Shown: one piece after another, positions 1-11,073 of the stretch
Position numbering within the stretch: position 1 is the stretch's first letter
How the letters are laid out: every line of letters starts with the position of its first letter
From: Octopus bimaculoides
Lineage: Eukaryota
Direction of reading: 5' to 3'
Assembly (NCBI RefSeq): GCF_001194135.2
Contig: NC_068990.1
Span: 48,462,635-48,503,931, forward strand
DNA length: 41,297 nt
Notes under the pieces: generated by a model
The model's database searches: none
Seen by the model: only the letters and a program-made list of their open reading frames with translations
What the model was told of the DNA's origin: nothing
Program-made: the position numbers and the translations under genes

Positions 1-43
<43 letters not shown>
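1..43. repeat. (TA)n microsatellite
   Basis: Pure TA run from the window start. Confidence 0.95.
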
Positions 44-46
<3 letters not shown>

Positions 47-50
47 TGTA

Positions 51-900
51 TGAGGTCGGATTAATAAATATCCAGACTATTGCCATAGTAACAAAGGAAA
101 GTGAAGCCACTTAGCAAAGACTGATCTTGAACTCTGCTGTGTATGCGCACTAAGTTTTAACATTCTAGCTTATTTCCACTGTTTACAACAGCGCTTGGAA
201 GGAAGGTGTGTAGTATGTGAACATCACATTGACCATGACAGAGGAAGTTGTTATGGTGATACCTGCTCAGAGCTCTACACAAAGTTGTAGAATGTGTTTG
301 GAGAGGAGTGTGTGAGCTGCACACAAGTGTATGAGTGGTTCACACATTTTCAAGATGGCTGAAAAGATGTCAGTATTGACGAACGTTTTGGGAAACCCAC
401 ATCCAGTAAAACTGAGAAAAACATCACAGATGTGCACGCAGCTGTGAGGACAAATCATGAAATCACTATCTGTGAGTTATCAGAGGATGTGTAGAGTAGT
501 TACGATTCAGTTCAGTCCATTATCACTGAAGATTAAAACTGCTTTCAGCTGACCAACAAGACACTTGGGTTTCAGTTGCACAAGATCTCCTTGATTGTGT
601 TAAGAACAATGAAAACTTTTTAAAAACATTGTGTAGGCTTCTGAGCATGTATTTCTAAGCTTTAGGCAAAATTTGATGCAGATTGTCTGCTCAACTTCCT
701 CTGTCATGGTCAATGCAATGATCACATGCTACACACTTTCCTTCCAAGCACTGCTGTAAACAGTGGAAGTGAGGTAGAACATTAAAACTTGAATGCATGT
801 ACAACAGAGTTCAAGGTCAAGCTCTGCCAGCAGCTTCACTCTCAATGCTTTAGTTTCATTACTATGGCAACAGTCTGGATACTTATTGATCAAACTACAC
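51..900. mobile_element. Non-autonomous mariner derivative made of two inward-facing 5' ends (foldback)
   Basis: 51-285 is the reverse complement of ~628-900 (e.g. ATCCAGACTATTGCCATAGTAA vs TTACTATGGCAACAGTCTGGAT; GACCATGACAGAGGAAGTTG vs CAACTTCCTCTGTCATGGTC). The right arm encodes EQTICIKFCLKLRNTCSEAYT on the minus strand. Flanked by TA-rich runs. Confidence 0.85.
257..628 (+). pseudogene. Mariner transposase N-terminal (HTH) fragment, frameshifted
   Basis: Manual translation across frameshifts: DTCSELYTKL*NVFGEECVSCTQVYEWF...DERFGKPTSSKTEKNITDVHAAVRTNHEITICELSEDV...DQQDTWVSVAQDLLDCVKNNENFLKT. It ends just before the expected TGDETW catalytic motif. Confidence 0.75.
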
Positions 901-921
901 ACATGCGTGAGCGTATGTGTG

Positions 922-928
922 TATATAT

Positions 929-964
<36 letters not shown>
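922..964. repeat. (TA)n microsatellite
   Basis: TA run with a CA interruption. Confidence 0.9.
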
Positions 965-966
<2 letters not shown>

Positions 967-1269
967 AGCACTCTGTTGGTTATGACAATGAGGGTCCCAG
1001 CTGATACTTTCAACAGAACAGCTTGCTCATTAAATTAACGTGCAAGTGGCTGAGCATTCCACAGGCACGTGTACCCTTAATGTAGTTCTCAAGGAGATTC
1101 AGCATGACACAGAGTGTGATAAGCCACACTCTGTGTCATGCCAGCTGAGTAGACTGGAGCAACATGAAATAAAGTGTCTCGCACAAGGACACAATGCATC
1201 ACCAGGAATTGAATTCGAGACCTTACGATCATGAGCTGAATGCTCTAACCACTAAGCCACATGCCTTCA

Positions 1270-1270
<1 letters not shown>
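965..1270 (-). mobile_element. tRNA-headed SINE (working family B)
   Basis: Minus strand starts GTGAAGGCATGTGGCTTAGTGGTTAGAGC (A-box-like) ... GAATTCAATTCC (B-box-like), then GTGTCC...GACACTTTATTTCA...CAGTCTACTCAGCTG. The same head/core recurs at 21802. Confidence 0.75.
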
Positions 1271-1271
<1 letters not shown>

Positions 1272-1311
<40 letters not shown>

Positions 1312-1327
1312 CATGTATATATATGTA
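1272..1327. repeat. (TA)n microsatellite
   Basis: TA run immediately left of the mariner TIR. Confidence 0.9.
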
Positions 1328-1511
1328 TCAGGTCATCCCATAAGTTCTGTCCGATTTTGCCTTTTTTTAAATTTAATGAAATTTAATAGTATTTTAGAAT
1401 GTCTAATGGAATTGAAAATTATTTTTATGCATCTGTGTACATTTAAACTAATTAAATATTATTTTACAGAATAATAGAATTAAAATTTCTTTGATCAAAA
1501 CCCTTTCTAAC

Positions 1512-2515
1512 ATGGAAGTATCCAAAGAGCATTTAAGATACATAATGCTTTATGAGTACAAAACAGGAAACTCTGCAGCCAAAGCGACTCAAAACATACA
1601 CTCAGTTTATGGGAAAAAATGCTTGAATGAAAGAACTTGCAGAAGATGGTTTGCAAAATTCAGAAGTGGAGATTTCAGTTGAAGAATTGGCAATAAAGCT
1701 TAGTTCAAACCATACAACTGTTCATCATCATCTTCAACAACTTGGAAAGGTTCCTAAANNNNNNNNNNNNNNNNNNNNNNNNNNNNNNNNNNNNNNNNNN
1801 NNNNNNNNNNNNNNNNNNNNNNNNNNNNNNNNNNNNNNNNNNNNNNNNNNNNNNNNNNNNNNNNNNNNNNNNNNNNNNNNNNNNNNNNNNNNNNNNNNNN
1901 NNNNNNNNNNNNNNNNNNNNNNNNNNNNNNNNNNNNNNNNNNNNNNNNNNNNNNNNNNNNNNNNNNNNNNNNNNNNNNNNNNNNNNNNNNNNNNNNNNNN
2001 NNNNNNNNNNNNNNNNNNNNNNNNNNNNNNNNNNNNNNNNNNNNNNNNNNNNNNNNNNNNNNNNNNNNNNNNNNNNNNNNNNNNNNNNNNNNNNNNNNNN
2101 NNNNNNNNNNNNNNNNNNNNNNNNNNNNNNNNNNNNNNNNNNNNNNNNNNNNNNNNNNNNNNNNNNNNNNNNNNNNNNNNNNNNNNNNNNNNNNNNNNNN
2201 NNNNNNNNNNNNNNNNNNNNNNNNNNNNNNNNNNNNNNNNNNNNNNNNNNNNNNNNNNNNNNNNNNNNNNNNNNNNNNNNNNNNNNNNNNNNNNNNNNNN
2301 NNNNNNNNNNNNNNNNNNNNNNNNNTACCATTTGTTTTGTCGTTTACAGAATCATTTGCGGGGACATAACTTTCGCAAGTCAGGAGGAAGTCGAAACTGA
2401 CATTTCAGAGTTCTTCGCTTTGAAATCAAAAGAGTTTTGCATTGATGGGATTAAAAAGCTTGTAAATAGATGGAAGGAAGTCATAGATAATCAGGGAAAG
2501 TACATTGATGATTAA
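1512..2515 (+). pseudogene. Mariner transposase, with an internal deletion near 1680 and centre lost in an N gap
   Basis: MEVSKEHLRYIMLYEYKTGNSAAKATQNIHSVYGKKCLNERTCRRWFAKFRSGDFS, then a jump to EELAIKLSSNHTTVHHHLQQLGKVPK. C-terminus YHLFCRLQNHL...GIKKLVNRWKEVIDNQGKYIDD*. Confidence 0.85.
1759..2325. other. Assembly gap (567 N)
   Basis: Run of N. Confidence 1.
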
Positions 2516-2590
2516 ATTTCAATTAAATATAACATTTGATCACTTGTTTTCTTTATTCAAAATTTGGACAAAACTTATGGGATGACCTGA

Positions 2591-2660
2591 TATATATATA
2601 TATATATATATATATAAGTTTGGTATTTTATGTGTATATATATATATATTTATATATATC
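2591..2660. repeat. (TA)n microsatellites
   Basis: Two TA runs right of the mariner TIR. Confidence 0.85.
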
Positions 2661-4096
2661 AAGTATTGATATGTATTGGGGTTGTAATGATTGATCAAAG
2701 AATGTTTCAACTTAGTATCTCAGCAACTAAAAACCAATAAGAAAATAAAAATAGTGAAAGCAAAGCCATTTAAGCAGATATGTAAAAAAAAGAATAAAAT
2801 TTCTTATGATGTTCAACATGTCATTTTAGAAGTTTCACTATTATTAGGCCACTTGGGTACTAGAACTTAACCATCCAGTGAATCACCATAGCAGCCCATA
2901 CACAACCTTTAAGTCTAAGCCGTTTACATTGTTGTAAGCCATATATTCAGTGTACTTATAATATTGATTGATATCTATAAAAATATTCTTAAGAAGTCCC
3001 AATATAAAATTTAAGAAAAGACAAAATTTATTTTTTGAAGGAAAGCATGGTATTCTTTTACTTATCACATGATTAAAATATTATTTCAAATATTCTAAAT
3101 CAATATTTATTTATTTATTTAACTTTAGTTGCAATATATTTTTGTTTGATATATTTTTTATATTTATTTATCATTTGGTACAATTGAACTGCTTAGACAG
3201 GAGTAGTTATTTCAGTTTGATGCTAATTTTATATAGGTTAACTGATTTATCAGGATCTTATTTTCAACTTTAAAAATATCCATTTGCACCAAAATAAGAG
3301 ATGATGTTATATTTTTTCGTTATTGGAAGCCAAGTAGTGCATTATTGCATTATGCTAGCAAAGTACATTGCTCTGCATTAATACCATGTACAACAAGGGT
3401 GCCTCTATGCCAAAAAAGGGGAAAGCAACTCGTTTGTGAGAAAAATTTTTTCCACATTTAAATCTGAGACTACCTACTGACAAAGTTCCCTAAAAACTCA
3501 TGTAAAAATAAACAGATTAAACTTTAAGACCCAAAACAATAATTCAATATAAGTGGCTTTCAACACTACATAAGATATAAACATATTTCCATAAGCTATA
3601 ATAAATATCTTGTAATGAATTGAAGATGTAATAATCACATTTTTATTTCAAGCAACTAACGTTTAGCATTTACTAATTCATTTCCCTTTTTTTATTAAAG
3701 ATTTTCCATCAATATTTTGAAATACATAAAAAGAACAACCCTTTCTATACTAACAAGTAATAATAAAAGAATAAAAGTAATAATAAAAGAAAAATAGTTG
3801 CCAGCAAAAATTGGATCTTTCTGATTTGACGGGCAACACTTGTTTTCTTAACGAAACACTTTCAAACTTGGAATACTGGTAGAATGTGTCATATAAAACA
3901 ACTTTTTCTCTTAGCTTTCTTAACAAAAATTTATATATTGCAAGTTATTTCATGTTAAAGTTGCCGTATTTCTGTAATTTCAACCAATCACTGACGTCTA
4001 TTCAGCTGAATACAGCTACTGCTCTTTTTATAAACAATAATTTTTGCCGGTGTCAAGAGTGTTATTCCCTGTTTAATTATATCATTATTCCCTAGT

Positions 4097-4222
4097 AAGG
4101 GTTTAGGGTTTTAGGGTTAGGGTTCGGGTTTTAGAGTTAGGGTTAGGGTTTTAGGGTTAGGGTTAGGGTTAGGGTTAGGGTTATGAGTTATAGGGTTAGG
4201 GTTAGGTTATGAGTGAGGTTAT
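4097..4222 (+). repeat. Interstitial telomeric-type (TTAGGG)n array with variant units
   Basis: TTAGGG units mixed with TTTTAGGG, TTCGGG and TTAGAG variants. Confidence 0.9.
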
Positions 4223-4235
4223 GGCAAAAATAATC

Positions 4236-4312
4236 ATAACCCTAAGCGTAATCCTAAAACTAACCTTAACTCTAAAACCCGAACCCTAACCCTAAAACCC
4301 TAAAGCTAAAAC
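4236..4312 (-). repeat. Inverted telomeric-type array, (CCCTAA)n on +
   Basis: CCCTAA/CCCGAA/CTCTAA units that mirror 4102-4145. Confidence 0.85.
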
Positions 4313-6797
4313 CTGTACAAACGCACGAACGGTGTCATAAATAACAGTAACACGGATAGTTGTTGTTGACAAACAATGGCACTAATTTTATTCAAGGGAA
4401 AAGATCCCTTGACACCGTTATTTACATTTCATTGCAGTAATTGTTTTTACCTCAATAGACGTCAGTGATTGGTTGAAATTACCGAAATATGACAATTTTT
4501 TACATGAAATAACTTTGAATACAAAAATTTTTATCTGTTCTATAACACAAAATATACAAGTATACAAAGTTTGAAAGTATTTCGGTACCAAAAACACTAC
4601 ATAAAACATTAATGAAAAGTGTTGCCCGTCAAATCAGAAAGATCCCAAAAATTTCTTTGTTTTGTAAAAGAAAAATGACAAATGATTATATTTTTAATAG
4701 AAGTAAATGTACAGTTTGTTTGTCTTATTATCAAAGATTTGATTACAGTTCATAAAAAGTACAATCTTAAATGCCATTATTTGATCAAGCATATGAAATC
4801 ACAAGCCCAAAAGAAATTCTGTATCTAGACAAGCTAGCATTTTTAAATGAATCTTTATGTAAACAGTAATTTATTTTCACAAGGCATATTTATGAAAATA
4901 CTTCTGTAATGTAAGCAAGCTTTGAAGTGTGTGAGAATTATTGTGCAAAAGTAGTGAAACAACACATCAAAAGCAAGTTTGTTAAAGAATGCCACACAAA
5001 TTTTAACTCTAGTCAATGTCAGATTGCTTGAGAATATTAGTTTATGACAGATGACACTTTCTGATCATACAAAAGATGTAACTAATCTGAGTATCCATAA
5101 TATAAGCAGCATCATAATTGGTGTTTTATATGATAACCATTGATGAAATGACAGATATAATAAATAAAGCACAATTAATTATATTTTTATGTAAGTTAAT
5201 GGCTAACTTTATGATACAGGAAGAGTTACTTGTTTTAAAACTGAAGCATTGGATAACAAGAGTGGGAAGATCTATTTTCTGTCAAATTGACAATATATGA
5301 TTTTGATTTAACTTATATAGAATTTAGCAGCATAGTTATGAACAGTGTGCCATATATGATAGACTCTCAAAAATGTGTTGTCTTAATAAAGAAAGAATAA
5401 AGAGAACACTCAACTGGGATTCTTATATCATAATGTCACTGTTGCCAACAAAACTTATATGCACATTTTCTAAAATTGAAGAACATGATTGAAGTGTGAC
5501 AAAAAATGTAGTAGGAGAAAAATAAAGGACTGAATAACAGATAAATGTAAATAAATTTCAAAGGGCCTCTAAGTGGAATGTGATGATTTATTATACTATT
5601 GTAAGATTCACTGGCTAAACAAACCACATATATGAGCTGAAAGACAAAGTGAATCTCTTCATAAAGGTGTTTGCATTACAGAATTAGGGGATCAAAACTG
5701 GGTTAATATTACCAGTTACATGGTCAAAAATCAGTGATTGTGCTTGGAGTTCAGACTGAAGAAAACTTTAAAAATTTGTTTTAATTGTAGCAAATGTCCA
5801 ATTTACACTTGGTACATATCAGAAATACATATACATAATAGGAACTCATGTCACTACTATTATCCCCAACTAAATGACTAACAGAATATATTGCAAAATA
5901 TCAGTCAAAAATGCAAGATTAGAAAGTTTTCAGATTATTAACCTCATTTTGAAAATGTATATTCATAATATTTACATTTACTCAACATTTTGGTCACTTT
6001 GATTGTTATCTGGTATTTTATTTCTCTGTATGTGTACAATTTCTAGACTGGAATTGAACTAGGAACTTTTATTTCTAAATTAATGATGTTATCTGACTAA
6101 ACCTCTAATATCTGTCAGGTTAATTAATGGTCCAGAAAATCGTATTAACAACTCATTTCAGAACTTAAGACACATAATTAAGAGAGACATTTACATAAGA
6201 ATAATCACTGCAAGAATTCTATTAATTAGGATTAGCATGTTTCATGTCAGTATAATTGACAATATCATTAACATCTCCATTTCCATCTCAGAATATAATT
6301 CATTCTCACATTTAAAGTCCAAGGGGCTACTCTTGAAAATAAGTCTTAGTAGCCATTTAAATTCTAATGAAAATATTTCATATCCAAATGAAAGATAATG
6401 TGGTAATTAAATAATAGATTTCTAAAGTGATACTTTATATCTTTAATATTAAGGTCTATCAGGTCATTTCCGACTATAAACATTGTATTTAGCATCAGTC
6501 AAGTACTTTTAGTTATGCCAAACTCACCAGGATTTCCTTTGGTCAGGTTGATGATTTATCTGGACCTGTATGTGCAAGCCTAGGCAAAGTTCTTCTGTGG
6601 AACATTAGCAACTGTGAATGCACCCAAGTCTCATTGCTATTAATGTTGTTGAAGAGAAAGGTCACTGAATCAAGCCAATACAGTTCAATACCAGTATCAT
6701 CACAGGTATTGTCGTAGTCAAATGAAAAGAGTCAGAACAGATACCCCGGGGCATCCCGTCTAACATTCTAACCTTTCCTGACTTACCACTCTGGGTA

Positions 6798-6937
6798 GAT
6801 ACTTTTTTATCAACTCCCAAAAAGGTGAAAAGCAAAGTTGACTTTGGTGGGACTTGAACTTAAAATCTAAAGAGTCTGAACAAATACCATGAGATATTCT
6901 ATCCAATGCTCTAACAATTCTGTCAATTCACCACCTT
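6798..6937 (-). mobile_element. SINE family A, degenerate
   Basis: Homologous to the other A copies (AAAGCAAAGTTGAC...TTGAACT...CTAACAATTCTGTCAATTCACCACCTT). Confidence 0.6.
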
Positions 6938-9218
6938 GATGTCAAACTAAAGGATAGATTTTGTTTTTGGAAATAAAAGATAGATACCATTCTTAATGTC
7001 ATTATGAAAGGTTTTAACCCCAACATATTTTCCTAAAACAACTGAAATTTAAAGATCTTTCCAACTAGTGAAAAACTAATATAAACTTATGATAAAAAGA
7101 AATAAATCAATGACAATGGTCTCAATTGTAGAGAGTAGTTGGAGAGAATAAATTTCATTCTTATGATTTACATCCCAGCTATGTAAAAGGTACAAGAACA
7201 TTTTGAACATTTAAATGTCAACTGTAGACTCAAAAAGAAAATCAATAGACTACAATAAAAGTTCTATTATTCCTCAGTCTTAATTTTATCAAAATCAAAT
7301 TCTTTAAGCAATGAAAGAACTTCTATCTATGTTGTTTAGCCTCTTAACTATTTATGATCTAGTTGTTGGGTCTCTTTATGTTACAACCATATGTTACAAC
7401 CCATCTTCTCTTCAGAATGTTTAAATTATGAAGCATCATTAGAAGATCATTATCTCTAATCTGTAAATCATTTAATTGAAAGTAATTTTAAGTAGAACAG
7501 GTCTGATCTTTTAGTATCCAGACATAAGTATATAGATTGACATAGATATACCTTGGTTGAAATATATTTTATGGCATACAAGTAAAATTTTTCAGGCCAA
7601 AATTTACAGCCAAAAAAGATAGGTTGACTTATACACCTAGAAAGAGGGCCAAAAATTCCATGTGAAATGTAGCAGGATTTGAAAAGATAGTGACAATGTT
7701 TGAATATTTACACTATATACTACATTGATTTGTATGCAGGAAAATACAGCAAGTTTAAAACAGAATTCAGTGCTTTGCTTGAGAAGGCAGCTAAATGAAA
7801 GTAAGAAGATATAAACATACAAATTTAGAAGTTCCTAAGAAATGACAACTTATTTATTTAGACATTTATCTGGGACATCACAGATTTTCCCTCACAAATC
7901 TCTAACCTCCTTTATTTCTGCAGTGATGCCATGATAAGTGTTAGTAAAAATGTTTTCACTCTAGCATCATTGATATTTGTTGTTGTTATTATTTAGTAGC
8001 AGTGTTAGCAATGACTGAGATGACCTTAATGAAAGTATCCCTTTTTAGCTACACTATCCAGAATTACATTATCCTTATTTGTCCTTAATTTCTTTTAAGA
8101 TAGTAATACATGATATAAAGGTAGTCGCTGCTTATTTCTAGCAGGCTGAGTGATCACATAGAGGTGCTTTCATTGGTGAACTGAAACTGAAAGTTATACT
8201 ATGATGTCAATATTTTTGAGTGCAGGAACAATGAATTGATTTGTTTTGTTTCCAATGTCAACACAAAGCTAAAAGAATAGGTTGAGCATTATAGTCATGA
8301 AATTCATAACCCTACTAGGAACATTAAAGTAAAATGAAATAGCTTGGACCAGAATGGAGACAAGATTTCAGATTTGACTCACTGACAATTTATCATTACT
8401 TTACAGTTATTATGAAGAGATAACTGAAAAATGAGATGAAGTTGTTAAGTTGTAAGTCATTTCTGAGCATTTGACTGCCAACATCTTTGCCACATCAGGA
8501 TCTAAACATTAAAACTGTTTACAAAATAATTTCTGTTTTACTTGCTTTTTCTTTTACCTAATGCAATAAATAGCATTCTAATGCTTTTGTCTTTTTCTCT
8601 GAAATACTGGGCTATTATAACTACACTAACCTGATAGAAGTTTAAAACATCATTACCAAATAAATTTAAACTGTTCTTCCACAGAAAAAGGATATCTTTA
8701 AAATTATGGATTCAGTACTCATTTCCTGATCTAATATTGATTTGTTTATATTGGCTCAAAGCTATAAATTAATAAATGAAGGCATCTTCATTGAATTGAT
8801 CTCAGTAATATGCCTGGTGCAATTATTCTATTGCTTCCAGAGGGATGAAATATGAAATCCAATCAATAACAATATGTAAGCAAAATGGTAGATACAACCA
8901 ACTATAAATACAACTGGAAAGTAAATAATTCCTTCACCTCCAGCGAACACTAGACAAAATACATATTGTCTACAACAACAGTCACATGAATACTCATTAT
9001 GAAACTGCTAAAAGAGTTTTAAGGAAGTTAATTACACAAAATATACATGATACTAACTCTAAGACTAAATTATAATTAGCAACACACTATAAAAATTTTA
9101 AACCAAGGCACTTCATTTAAGATAATGGGAAATATAACACCAAAACCAACCCTTTACATAATCAACACTCCAATTAATATAGCAACACTTAAGTCAAAAG
9201 CAGATTACGAGTAAGAAC

Positions 9219-9388
9219 CAGTGTTTTCTTAAGGCATGGTTACACTGGGCAGTTGCCTTGGGGCCTCATGTGTCTTGGGAGCCAATTGTGAGCTGTGTAT
9301 GTTGTGGCTTACTGTCAATAGATAAATTATTATAGGACTCAGTGCATTGGTTTGCCCAGGGGTCTATGATGCTGCTAAGATGGCCCTG
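9219..9388. mobile_element. ~170-bp hAT-like MITE
   Basis: Termini CAGTG.../...GGCCCTG are degenerate IRs. The flanking 8-mers GTAAGAAC (9211-9218) and GTAAGGAT (9389-9396) match at 6/8, consistent with a decayed 8-bp TSD. Confidence 0.5.
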
Positions 9389-10152
9389 GTAAGGATAACT
9401 GTAACTACTGAATATGGGTACCTTAACAAGAACTCCCATATACAACTAAACAATGAATATACTTGCCAATATGATAGTTGCCAAAATATTGGAATATACA
9501 TTGGTGAAATTTATAGAGGTATTATCAAATGGCTAGCATACCCAAACAAATTTGTTGAAAAGGAAACTTTTAGGAAACAAAACAAAACAACAATCTTCTA
9601 AAAATATTTTGATGACCAGTGATAAACAATGGATTTAGCATTCATTAGAGAAGCAACTGGCAAAATACAATAAAGGCTCACCAACAATGACCTCACACAT
9701 AGTGTATGATATGTGAAGAATTATGCCACTACACGTGGTAGGACCAGTCAGGGAGAGAACTTCTCTGTGGTCTGTCAAACTGCTAGAAATTGTATGAAGA
9801 CAAAATTAATAGGTGGTCATGGAAATATATTACAATCATACACGCATCCTCTTGTGTGTTTGCATTTATATATGTGCATGTGTACAAGTGTATGTTTTTG
9901 TTGCAGTGTGTATGATTTGTTGTGCATATGAACTCTGCTGCTTACAATACTTAGTGCATGTTGCTAAGCATCGTAATACAAATGTTGTAGAATGAGTGTT
10001 GTTGTTGTTGCTGCATGTGTACATATGGGCTTGCATGCATACACACGTGTGTGCGTGTGTTTGTTGGCATTAATATTTTCTCTCCCTCCTCTTTCAAATA
10101 CACTTTTCTTGTGTCTGGCCCCCAATAAATTTTAATGTCAGGCATGCATTTA

Positions 10153-10291
10153 CATTATTTACATTCGACGGATATTTGTCCTCATCTTGTTCGTTGTTAG
10201 CACAATGTTTCGGCTGATATACCCTCCAACCTTCTTCAGGTGTCTTGGGGAAATTTCAAACCTGGGTTCTCATTCCTAAGGTATTTTTCGA

Positions 10292-10334
<43 letters not shown>

Positions 10335-10415
10335 GTTCAGGTCACTGCTTGGAATTGAACTCGGAATCTTGGGGTTAGTGGCCTATGCTCTTAACCATTA
10401 CGCCATATACCCGTG
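10153..10415 (-). mobile_element. tRNA-headed short retroelement with (AAT)n spacer and hammerhead-like 3' region (copy 1)
   Basis: Minus strand: TGGCGTAATGGTTAAGAG (A box) ... GAGTTCAATTCC (B box) - (AAT)n - ...GACAC CTGAAGA A GGTTG..CAGCC GAAA CATT. Closely similar to 24080-24355. Possible 7-bp TSD GCATTTA (10146-10152 / 10416-10422). Confidence 0.8.
10199..10244 (-). ncRNA. Decayed minimal hammerhead ribozyme motif
   Basis: CUGAAGA core, 5-bp stem II with one G-U, GAAA. The stem III palindrome AACGTT is mutated to AACATT and helix I has one mismatch. Confidence 0.5.
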
Positions 10416-10810
10416 GCATTTAGTCCAGTTTCTTGTTCAAATTTAGGTATACTTTTTAATGCTATACAATAGCATATCTATAATTTTTGGCAGCAACCAT
10501 ACACTGACAAAAGAAGCAGCAAAAGGTAAGAAATTAACTGACATCTCTCTCACCCTCTCTCTTTCTATACATATAGCCTTAATTTTCTGTCTTTCTACAT
10601 ACATACACACAATCTGCCTTGTCTCTTTCTCTCTCTCTCTCTCTTTTCATATCCATAATCTCTTGCATCTTTTACATTCTCTTTATATATATATATATAT
10701 ATATAATTATATTAAAGGGTGCAGATAAAACTCACCAACATGCTAGAAATAGTTGCCAAATGGCTCTAAAAAATCACATCTATACAGGTTGTAAGCAAGT
10801 ACATGAATAA

Positions 10811-11019
10811 ATTCTTTTATTCTTTTATTTGTTTCAGTCATTTGACTGTAGCCATGCTAGAGCACTGCCTTTAGTCAAACAAATCGACCCCAGGACTTAT
10901 TCTTTGTAAGCTTAGTACTTATTCTACCAGTGACTTTTGCCGAACTGCTAAGTTACAGGATGTAAACACACCAACATTGGTTGTCAAGTGATGGTGGGGA
11001 GACAAACAGACACACGAAT

Positions 11020-11073
<54 letters not shown>

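Larger units (their letters stand above)
1328..2590 (+). mobile_element. Mariner DNA transposon (defective), ~30-bp TIRs, TA TSD
   Basis: Left TA|TCAGGTCATCCCATAAGTTCTGTCCGATTTTG; right CAAAATTTGGACAAAACTTATGGGATGACCTGA|TA; transposase remnants between. Confidence 0.92.
3813..4645. mobile_element. 833-bp foldback/MITE with 29-bp perfect terminal IRs, long imperfect arms and an 8-bp TSD
   Basis: GGATCTTTCTGATTTGACGGGCAACACTT (3813-3841) is the reverse complement of 4617-4645. CAAAAATT is duplicated at 3805-3812 and 4646-4653. Inner arm match 3974-4002 / 4454-4482. Confidence 0.9.

Noticed and set aside
1627-2515. Long ORFs of 208-257 aa in the ORF track
   Set aside because: Their length comes from translating N runs; only the mariner-like ends are real.
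4097-4312. True telomere-telomere chromosome fusion site
   Set aside because: Shared variant units on both sides, plus enclosing TIRs and an 8-bp TSD, are better explained by a foldback transposon.
10340-10415. tRNA gene
   Set aside because: A and B boxes are present but no acceptor stem or full cloverleaf; it is the head of a repeated element.
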